From assembly GCA_051294375.1 (NCBI GenBank), contig CM119268.1, positions 13,353,437-13,417,436 of the forward strand: a stretch of 64,000 nucleotides of DNA, written 5' to 3'. The stretch's first letter is position 1. Each line of letters begins with the position of its first letter. The notes beneath the pieces were generated by a model. The model did no database searches. It was not told where the DNA came from and saw nothing but the letters and a program-made list of their open reading frames with translations. Positions 53,520 through 64,000 of this stretch are shown here, one piece after another. A program made the position numbers and the translations under genes. This stretch comes from Paraspadella gotoi (Eukaryota > Animalia > Chaetognatha).

Positions 53520-56342
53520 GCAGAAACAGATCGAGATCGGAGGTTATAAATTTCGGTTTCCGATACGAACGCCGCGACGAAGGCAACAAAGCGAGGACCC
53601 ACGAAAATCGGCTGCTTAGAAAAAGATGTTCTGGTGAGCAGATGCCCGATGAGGCTGTCACCTCAAAACCGATATTGCGCTCTTGATATGAGAACTTTGG
53701 TTCTGGCTCTAAAAAACTGATGTTGCGGAGTTGATTTAAGAGAACGAGGTTTTGTGTTGACAAGCATGCGGACTGGAGAGCTATGACTCTAATATTTTGT
53801 ACAGCTCGAAGAATGATTTCAGACTTTCAGTATTTGCCATATTGATATAGACCTCTGGACATAAAAATAACATAAATGAAAATAAATTAGCCGATTTCGT
53901 ACTGTGTGAGTGTGAGTGTGAGTGTGAGTGTGTCGTCACATGGTGACTTCATCTGTTTATTGGAGCGACTGCTATTGGTTTCGTAGAAAATAGGAAAAAT
54001 CGACAATTTCATTGTTTTCGTCATTTTTTTCTTTTCTTATTAGGAAGTTCCAGTTAAAATAAAAAAAAACATCAATAAATATTCTTGCAGCATCTCGCCC
54101 GATCATTAAAAAAAAATAAATAATTGATGTTTTTTTCACAAGTAAGAAATATCAAAAGTATTTTTTTATTTTACCGACAGATTTCTTCTTTCAAGTCCCC
54201 GCCTCCCGTCCCTCCATTAAATAAAAATAAAAATAAAAAGGAAATCGTTGGAGCGAAAGGGATTAATTAAGGGAAAGCGGAATCGATCAGCGGCGAGATC
54301 TCATTTGCATATAGCGGTTTTAAAATCAAAAAGTTGATTTGTTTTCCCAAAATACCGCTACATTTCCTCGCGGCAGATTGAGTGGAAAAACGCCGTCTGT
54401 CACGAGAAAAAAAGAGAGAAAAAAGAGAGAGAGAGTTGAAGAAAGAAAAAAAGAATTTTAAATTCAGATTCTTTAATTTAAAAACAAGAAAAAAGTCGAG
54501 TCATTTGGGAGATTGCGAATGAGCTCTTTCGTTTGGTGGAAGGATAAGAAAAAAAGAAATTTACTGAATTTTGCTGTTATATTTAGTTTTTTTTTATATT
54601 TAGTTTACCGTTTTGTAGTCTTTTACACTGGTACGGTTTTTGACTTTGTCAATACTGTTTTTGGTATGTGTTATGACCTGATATTACGGCTGCAGCAGTC
54701 ATAATCGTTTCCTAATCTTATTATACTAAAAAGTGTTCAAAAAGGTCAAAATAAGCGTTCAAGCTCGAGCCTAAATTTACTCACGACTGAAAGCGAATGG
54801 AGAGGTCTCTCCTCTCAGTCTTTTAACTCGTTTCAATTTTTTGGGAGTGTGAGAGAGAGAGAGACAGATAAAAAAGGAGAAAAAAAAAGGAAAAAGAAAA
54901 GCTGAAAATTAACTCTCTTAGCGACGGAGCGCGTGGGACGTGTTAACGACAAACCCTCAAAAGATTGAAAAAAAAAAGGGAGGAAGTCGAAAGGCCTCTT
55001 TGTTTTTTGAACTTTTTTTTAACAATCGAATTTCATAATTTTTTTTCTTCAATTTTCTTCGTTTGCGTCCACGGGATTTTTTTTTCTTTCTTTTTTCCGC
55101 ATTCTCTTCCTAAAATTTTTCCCTTTCATTCGGCGTTTTCTAAATTGTTTCCATTGTTCTTTTTTTTTTTTTTTTTAGTTTCCCCAATACCGAAATCCTT
55201 TCAATATTTTCTTCGGACCTTCCTTTTTTTTCTTTTTCCTTTCGCCGCCATTTTTTTTTTCGTCGCCTCACCCTTTTTTTTTCGTCGCCTCACCCTCTTC
55301 ACTTACCATTTCGTCGCGTTTTTCATTCCACTTTCATTTTTTTTCTGTTTCTCTCGACGAATTGAATTTCAAATGACGCAAAGTCGATTGAGACAAGTGA
55401 GAGAAAAAAGAAAAAGAAAAATATAGAGAAAGAAAGATTAGAAAGAACGAAGGGTCCAGAGAGAAATAAAGGAAATAAGAAAAATTACTGGATTTAAAAA
55501 AAGACTGGCTTGGCGTTTTATTAATCAAAAATCATTAATGAAATCGCGGCGGGCTCACTCTCTCTCTCTCTTTTGAAGCATTGAGAGAGACTCTAAAGAG
55601 GGTGGAAGGGAGTGAAATGAAAAATAGCGCGCGTGAGAGAGAGAGAGACTTGATTAGTCAGACCCTCGAGTTGTCGGCTTCAGTAACTCCCGGCCACCTG
55701 TTCAGTGTTCAGAGTTCTGACCGCGATCCCCCTTGAGAAAGTTACAAAAGAAGTAAAAAAGAAGTTACGCATTCTACAAAGTTATTCAAGTTATAAGATT
55801 GAAAATTATTGCTCATTTAAAACATGACAATAGTCGTCGGCTGATTAAGATTTTCCAAAAATTCGATCAAGAAGGATTTCCTTCTTGCGTTCCGCCATTT
55901 TGTTCGAAATTTTTCGTCGAAATTGTGTTTCATTTTTTTTTTATTATTTTGGTGGCGAAAAAGAAGGACGAATTATTCCAGTTTAACGCGAAATTTTTTT
56001 CTCATAAGATTTCATATTGAAAACAAGCTGGTCTAAATTCGACTTTTAAGCGGAGCTCGTCGAGAATTTAAAATTGTGATTTCTCTTTCATTATAAATTT
56101 TTGTGGGGGTGATATTCTATCGCGTTAAAACTGGGAGAACGGTGTTAACTTTTTAAGCTCTACCTCTATCAATATGGCGAGGGAGATTCAGAACAGTACG
56201 CATCAATATGAAGCTAAATTTACCCCAGAAAATAATCAAACATAGAAATTTGACCAAGATGTTTTTTAAATATTCACACTTAGTTTATTTAACAGGTTTG
56301 AATAAACTATTCAAAAACAGATTAAGAGTGAGAGAGAGAGAG

Positions 56343-56405
<63 letters not shown>

Positions 56406-56777
56406 AAATGGCGATAAAACAGCGATGCATAAATCCAAGGTGACGTCAAATGGCGACGTTTAAAGTAATCTCCCTGACAAAAAAAAACAGGGGTGAAAAA
56501 AAAAGACGGGAGTGACGGCGTCACACGTCACACCTGCATAAAGTGACGAAGGATCCGTGACGGATTGCGGAAAAAAACGTGGAGGGGAGGGGGGCGTTGA
56601 GAGTAGGAGTGAGCCGTGAGCGTTCAATTTTATTTTATCACTTCGTCACAGTGTGAAAACTTTTTTCTCCGTCCCTTCCGACGTTTTAGTGAGAGGAAAT
56701 CAAGATCCTACTCGTTTGTTTAACTAAATTGAAAAGGTTTTTTTTATACTTTTTACGGATGAAAAATTTGTCTTTTG

Positions 56778-56893
56778 TCATTCATTCATTCGTTCATTCA
56801 TTCAATTATTCATTCATTCATTCATTCATTCATTCATTCATTCATTCATTATCATTCATTCATTCATTCATTCATTCATTCATTCATTCATTC
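56778..56893. repeat. (TTCA)n microsatellite, mirrored as (TGAA)n at ~58521-58617
   Basis: Direct reading of the sequence. Confidence 0.95.
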
Positions 56894-57207
56894 AAGAAGA
56901 GTAAAGGGCCGACAAAAAACGGTAGGCGTAACTTTCCCCAGAGCGGCCTCTTCACCCGAACCCTTGGCAGCAACCACCACCTGCCCCAGCCCATCCCCCC
57001 CCCAAAAAAAAAAATGTTGGTAGCCGAAAAGGGAAGTGAATTACTTTTGGTGTTATGTCGTTGGAGCTTGACAAATCTAATCAGCGACCCTTGCAAGCCG
57101 CGCCACCATCTGTCAATCAGATCAGAAAAAAAAGTCACTAAACCCTCGCTCCCTTTTTTTCCTTTCGCCACAAGCCTTGCCCGGGGTTAAGTCGGTGGGG
57201 AGGAAGT

Positions 57208-57310
57208 AAAAGGATTGGCCAAAGATGGAGAATGAAGAAAGAGAGAAGAAGGGATGAGAAAAAGGATTGGCCAAAGATGGAGAATGAAGAAAGAGAGAAG
57301 AAGGGATGAG
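57208..57310. repeat. Tandem duplication ~52 bp x 2 carrying ATTGGCCAA (CCAAT-box-like); mirrored at ~58105-58207
   Basis: AAAAGGATTGGCCAAAGATGGAGAATGAAGAAAGAGAGAAGAAGGGATGAG occurs twice. Confidence 0.85.
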
Positions 57311-57764
57311 AAAGGAGGAAAGGAAGAAAGAAAAAAAAAAGGGAGACGTCGAAGGTTTCCGTCACGGATCGTCATTGGCCAAAGTGGTCCTCCAATCACA
57401 AAGCCCGGAGTGAGTGACAACTTGACTAGGTTATTTTTTTTTTCTGGTGGAAAAAAAAATTACAAAGGCGGCGCTAAGTCAACTTTGGCGGCGCCGAGAC
57501 ACCGAACGCGGCGCCGAGTCAACTATGGCGGCGCCAAAAGGGAGAAAAAAACCAAAGAGATTGGATCGATCGAAAATCGGAGGGTAGAAAGAGAGAGAGC
57601 GAAAAGGCAAGATATGGCATCGGCGGCGTCGGCGGCGTCGGCGGCGNNNNNNNNNNNNNNNNNNNNNNNNNTCATAAGCTTCGAAAGCGTCCAAAGTCCT
57701 TCGACATTTCCCTCGATGTCGTCGTCGCCGCGGATGGAAAGAACGCAAGGTTGACGCGACGCCG

Positions 57765-58993
57765 CCAACGCCGCGACGCGCCGACGCCGCCGATGCCATA
57801 TCTTGCCTTTTCGCTCTCTTCTCTTTCTACCTCCGATTTTCGATCGATCCAATCTCTTTGGTTTTTTTCTCCCTTTTGGCGCCGCCATAGTTGACTCGGC
57901 GCGCGTTCGGTTGTCTCGGCGCCGCCAAAGTTGACTTAGCGCCGCCTTTGTAATTTTTTTTTCCACCAGAAAAAAAAAAAAATAACCTAGTCAAGTTGTC
58001 ACTCACTCCGGGCTTTGTATTGGAGGACACTTTGGCCAATGACGATCCGTGACGGAAACCTTCGACGTCTCCCTTTTTTTTTTTCTTTCTTCCTTTCCTC
58101 CTTTCTCATCCCTTCTTCTCTCTTTCTTCATTCTCCATCTTTGGCCAATCCTTTTTCTCATCCCTTCTTCTCTCTTTCTTTCATTCTCCATCTTTGGCCA
58201 ATCCTTTCACTTCCTCCCACCGACTTAACCCCGGGCAAGGCTTGTGGCGAAAGGAAAAAAAGGGAGCGAGGGTTTAGTGACTTTTTTTTCTGATCTGATT
58301 GACAGATGGTGGCGCGGCTTGCAAGGGTCGCTGATTAGATTTGTCAAGCTCCAACGACATAACACCAAAAGTAATTCACTTCCCTTTTCGGCTACCAACA
58401 TTTTTTTTGGGGGGGGGATGGGCTGGGGCAGGTGGTGGTTGCTGCCAAGGGGTTCGGGTGAAGAGGCCGCTCTGCGGGAAAAGTTACGCCTACCGTTTTT
58501 TGTCGGCCCTTTACTCTTCTTGAATGAATGAATGAATGAATGAATGAATGAATGAATGAATGAATGAATGAATGAATGAATGAATGAATGAATGAATGAA
58601 TGAACGAAGAATGAATGACAAAAGACAAATTTTTCATCCGTAAAAGTTATAAAAAAAACCTTTTCAATTTAGTTAAACAAACGAGTAGGATCTTGATTTC
58701 CTCTCACTAAAACGTCGGAAGGGACGGAGAAAAAAGTTTTCACACTGTGACGAAGTGATAAAATAAAATTGAACGCTCACGGCTCACTCCTACTCTCAAC
58801 GCCCCCCTCCCCCTCCACGTTTTTTTCCGCAATCCGTCACGGATCCTTCGTCACTTTATGCAGGTGTGAGTGTGACGCCGTCACTCCCGTCTTTTTTTTT
58901 CACCCCTGTTTTTTTTTGTCAGGGAGATTACTTTAACGTCGCCATTTGACGTCAAACCTTGGATTTATTAGCATCGCTGTTTTATCGCCATTT

Positions 58994-59044
<51 letters not shown>

Positions 59045-59773
59045 TTCTCTCTCACACTCTCTCTCTCTACACTCTTAATCTGTTTTTTGAAATAGTTTTA
59101 TTCAAAAAAACACTGTTAAAATAAACTAAATGTGGAATATTTAAAAAAAAACATCTTGGATCAAATTTCTATGTTTGATTATTTTCTGGGGTTAAATTTA
59201 GCTTCATATTGATGCGTACTGTTCTGAATCTCCCTCGCCATATTGATAGAGGTAGAGCTTAAAGTTAACACCGTTCTCCCAGTTTTAACGCGATAGAATA
59301 TCACCCCCACAAAAATTTATAATGAAAGAGAAATCACAATTTTAAATTCTCGACGAGCTCGCCTTAAAAGTCGAATTTAGACCAGCTTGTTTTTTCAATA
59401 TGAAATCTTATTGAGAAAAAATTTTTCGCGTTTAAACTGGAATAATTCGTCCTTCTTTTTCCGCCACCAAAATAATTTTTAAAAAAAAATGAAACACAAT
59501 TCGACGAAATATTTCGAACAAAATGGCGGAACGCAAGATAGGAAATCCTTCTTGATCGAATTTTTGGAAAATCTTAATCAGCCGACGGACTATTGTCATG
59601 TTTTAAATGAGCAATAATTTTCAATCTTATAACTTGAATAACTTTTGTAGAATGCGTAACTTCTTTTTTTACTTCTTTTGTAACTTTCTCAGGGGGGATC
59701 GCGGTCAGAACTCTGAACACTGAACAGGTGGCCGGGAGTTACTGAAAGCCGACAACTCGAGGTCTGACTAATC

Positions 59774-59828
<55 letters not shown>

Positions 59829-62008
59829 TCTCTCTCTTCTCTCTCTCTCTCTCTCTCCTCTCACGCGCGCTATTTTTCATTTCACTTCCTTCCACCCTCT
59901 TTAGAGTCTCTCTAAATGCTTCAAAAGAGAGAGAGAGAGTGAGCCCGCCGCGATTTCATTAAGATTTTTGATTAATAAAACGCCAAGCCAGTCTTTTTTT
60001 AAATCCAGTAATTTTTCTTATTTCCTTTATTTCTCTCTGGACCCTTCGTTCTTTCTAATCTTTCTTTCTCTATATTTTTCTTTTTCTTTTTTCTCTCACT
60101 TGTCTCAATCGACTTTGCGTCATTTGAAATTCAATTCGTCGAGAGAAACAGAAAAAAAATGAAAGTGGAATGAAAAACGCGACGAAATGGAAGTGAAGAG
60201 GGTGAGGCGACGGAAAAAAAAAGGGTGAGGCGACGAAAAAAAAATGGCGGCGAAAGCAAAAAGAAAAAAAAGGAAGGTCCGAAGAAAATATTGAAAGGAT
60301 TTCGTATTGGGGAAACTAAAAAAAAAAAAAAAAAAGAACAATGGAAACAATTTAGAAAACGCCGAATGAAAGGGAAAAATTTTAGGAAGAGAATGCGGAA
60401 AAAAGAAAGAAAAAAAAATCCCGTGGACGCAAACGAAGAAATTGAAGAAAAAAAATTATGAAATTCGATTGTTAAAAAAAAGTTCAAAAAAACAAAGAGG
60501 CCTTTCGACTTCCTCCTTTTTTTTTTTCAATCTTTTGAGGGTTTGTCGTTAACACGTCCCACGCGCTCCGTCGCTAAGAGAGTTAATTTTCAGCTTTTCT
60601 TTTTTCCTTTTTTTTTTCTCCTTTTTATCTGTCTCTCTCTCTCTCACTCACTCCCAAAAAATTGAAACGAGTTAAAAAGACTGAGAGGAGAGACTCTCTC
60701 ATTCGCTTTCAGTCGTGAGTAAATTTAGGCTCGAGCTTGAACGCTTATTTTGACCTTTTTAACACTTTTTAGTATAATAAGATTAGGAAACGATTATGAC
60801 TGCTGCAGCCGTAATATCAGGTCATACACATTACCAAAAACAGTATTGACAAAGTCAAAAAACCGTACAGTGTAAAAGACTACAAAAACGGTAAACTAAA
60901 TATAAAAAAAACTAAATATAACAGCAAAAATTCAGTAAATTTCTTTTTTTCTTATCCTTCCACCAAACGAAAGAGCTCATTCGCAATCTCCCAAATGACT
61001 CGACTTTTTTCTTGTTTTTAAATTAAAGAATCTGAATTTAAAATTCTTTTTTCTTTTCTTCAAACTCTCTCTCTCTTTTTCTCTCTTTTTTTTCTCGTGA
61101 CAGACGGCGTTTTTCCACTCAATCTGCCGCGAGGAAATGTAGCGTATTTTGGGAAAACAAATCAACTTTTTGATTTTAAAACCGCTATATGCAAATGAAG
61201 ATCTCGCCGCTGATCGATTCCCGCTTTCCCTTAATTAATCCCTTTCGCTCCAACGATTTCCTTTTTATTTTTATATTTTATTTAATGGAGGACGAGCGGA
61301 GGCGGGGACTGGAAAGAAGAAATCTGTCGGTAAAATAAAAAATAAACTTTTGATATTTTCTTTACTTGTGCAAAAAACATCAATTATGTAATTTTTTTTT
61401 AATGATCGGGCGAAATGCATGCAAGATATATTTATTGATGTTTTTTTTATTTTAACTGGAACTTCCTAATAAGAAAAGGAAAAAAAAAATACGACGAAAA
61501 CAATAAAATTGTCGCATTTTTCTTATTTTCTACGAAACAAAATAGCAGTAGCTCCAATAAACAGATGAAGTCACCATCACCGCGCAACACTCACACTCAC
61601 ACTCACACAGTACGAAATCGGCTAATTTATTTTCATTTATGTTATTTTTATGTTCAGAGGTCTATATCAATATGGCAAACACTGAAAGTCTGAAATCATT
61701 CTTCGCAGCTGTAGAAAATATTAGAGTCATATGCTCTTCCATCCGCATGTCTTGTCAACACAAAACCTCGTTCTCTTAAATCAACTCCCAACATCAGTTT
61801 TTTAGATCCCGAACCAAAGTTCTCATATCAAGAGCGCAATATCGGTTTTGAGGTGACAGCTCATCGGGCATCTGCTCACCAGAAATCTTTTGTTCTAAAT
61901 GCAGCCGATTTTCGTGGGTCCTCGCTTGTTGCCTTTCCGTCGCGGGAACGTTCGTATTCGGAAACGCGAATTTATAAACCCTCCGATCTCATCTGTTTCT
62001 GCCTAACG

Positions 62009-62062
<54 letters not shown>

Positions 62063-62205
62063 TCTCTCTCTCTCTCTCCCTCTCTCCTTTTCAGTTACCT
62101 CACAAATCTTTGTTAGTTGTGTTGTTTTTTACTTTTTTTCTATTATATGTTTTTTTATATTATATTTAATTATCATTTCTTTATTCTCTTCTGTATTAAT
62201 ATTGT
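57765..62205 (-). repeat. Right arm of ~4.3-kb inverted duplication
   Basis: Mirror copy of 53350-57646 with many small indels. The centre contains the N-gap 57647-57671 and a ~95-bp unique spacer. Confidence 0.95.
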
Positions 62206-63424
62206 ATTAAGATCGTAATGAATGAAGCAGTAGTATAGCTGATAATACAATTTTACTAATTTATTTTGGACTTCTAATTAGAGGCGGTTAATTTTTATAA
62301 TTAAGTTTAGTTTAGTTGTAGAAATTCCTTAGTTGATTTAACTCAAAGCAAAAAAAGTCGTGATTAAAACGCCCCACTTTTCGGTCGCGCGCGCTCGATT
62401 GTAAATCGCGCGCGGAAAAATAATTAAGCTAATAAAAGCATATTTTTTTTTTCTCGTTTTTTTTTTCTGTATCTCTCGCTTTTTTCTCCTCTCGCCTTAG
62501 TCTCGCGCAGTCGTCGTGAGGTGCCACGCCACTCCCCATTTGTTGAGACGACGACGACGACGAAAAGGAAGACGAAGATGATAAAAAAGACAGACAAAGA
62601 GAAGTATTCGTAAACTAAGACGACTACAATATTCCCGCCGTTGACTTCAACTTTATAACGACGACGAAGACGAAAACGACGAACGATGACCCGCGAAGAC
62701 GAGAATATGAAATACATCGCGCCATCCGCGTCGAAGACAACGACGATAACGAGGACGACGACGACAACCAAAGCCGACGACTCCACCGACGCGACGTCAT
62801 CTATAATTTGCATTAGAATCAACAGAAGAAGAAAAGCAGACGAAGATTTTTCAGGAACACCTTTGTTTGCAATTCTGTAAACGGTTTTTGCGCTCCGTTT
62901 TTTGGAGCGAAAATCCGCCGGGCTCATAATCTATAATCTCAATTTATCAACTACATTTAAGTTGAATATAGATGAATCATGGTGCATATTTGGATGAAGA
63001 ATTTCCAGATTGTCACGGGGTGCCTTCATCTCGTGTGATCATGCCATAATCGCTCGCGATTTTTTTTCCTTCGACGTAGAAACTGGTTCACGGCTGATTG
63101 GTTTTTATGGCGCTAATTGACCAATGACCGACCAAACGAGTTATTTTTCCGACCCCCGACTCGACCATTCATCGTTTTCGACATCCACCCCCGCTCGCCA
63201 CTCCAAAGGAGGCCCGCATCCAAAAAGACTTTTCCTTCTTCGCAGTTTTTAATCAAGGAAGTAATCGTACTAGACGAAGTCATCGTGTAGCTTCCAATTT
63301 AAGCTATACTAGTCTATTAAAAATTTTAATTTCAACTACTTAATCTACATATTATGACGTCGTTTTCCGACGTACCCTAAAGTTTTTAAGTCTTAAGCTC
63401 GGCAGCTAACGGAAAAGAGAGTTT

Positions 63425-63680
63425 TGTGGCGAATCCTAAATTCGCCTCCCGTTATAGCTTGGTGAAACTCAGCTCGTCCCATTGCTTGGACAGCTAAGTA
63501 CTCGTTCACCAACCGTGATTTCGGGTTCAATCCCTCACGGTCACGCTGGTTAAAGTGTGATGGTGTCAGCATTAACACGCAGTGAACATGGGGTGGTCAC
63601 TGCAGGTCCAAAAGCCCTGAGCGCCAGTTGTCGGGAGATGCCTCACACCCCAGGCATCACACATGTCCTCCGTCGCCATA
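63425..63680. mobile_element. Solo-LTR-like dispersed repeat, copy B (256 bp) with 4-bp TSD
   Basis: GTTT|TGTGGCGA...TCGCCATA|GTTT: short terminal inverted repeat and GTTT duplication. Clearly homologous to 42071-42312. Confidence 0.7.
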
Positions 63681-64000
63681 GTTTCACCATTAAAGGAAAC
63701 TGACAACGTGGGCGGGCGTTACGACGACCTCTTCCACTCGATGACCTTTTTTCATGACCCCATTGATCAAGACTTCAATCAAGGCGATAGTTTTCTTCAA
63801 ACGTCGAGAAATTTCCCCAATATCGTACCCCTTTCCCTGAACTCATTTATTTGCCATGTATTCCGCGTTGACCAATGGTCACTGCCATGTCTTTATAATA
63901 CATCATAATCTAAATGTCAACAGCCAATTTGGCGACCTTCTATCCTAAACAACTTCAAACAATCCTACTCCAACGGCTCGCCCCCCTTTTTAAAAAAAAA

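Larger units (their letters stand above)
53350..57646 (+). repeat. Left arm of ~4.3-kb inverted duplication
   Basis: Reverse complement of ~57765-62205; for example ORF 55334..55528(-) and 59968..60162(+) translate identically. Confidence 0.95.

Overview
Eukaryotic genomic DNA from an invertebrate animal (taxon not determinable from this window), AT-rich and saturated with (AG/CT)n and (GTC/GAC)n microsatellites, with three N-gaps (468-629, 31776-31785, 57647-57671). I reconstructed four spliced protein genes by hand: an 8-exon FGF receptor (+, 8827-15376), a 5-exon stand-alone orotate phosphoribosyltransferase-like gene with a degenerate active site (-, 27245-29206), RSL1D1 (+, 36108-37871), and p23/PTGES3 (+, 38097-38950), which starts only 225 nt after the RSL1D1 stop. 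The most interesting feature is a GC-rich non-coding island at about 19030-19650 (- strand) that looks like a telomerase RNA gene: a CUAACCCUAA template, a template-adjacent helix, a long-range P1 helix, a CR4/5-like three-way junction with a P6.1-like hairpin, and an upstream TATA box. I could not identify a canonical pseudoknot or ACA box in it. Also present: a HINE/DINE-1-like element, a TIR transposon relic, two structured solo-LTR-like copies, minisatellites, and a ~4.3-kb-arm inverted duplication around a gap that is probably an assembly or chimera artefact. Most ORFs in the supplied track are microsatellite artefacts.
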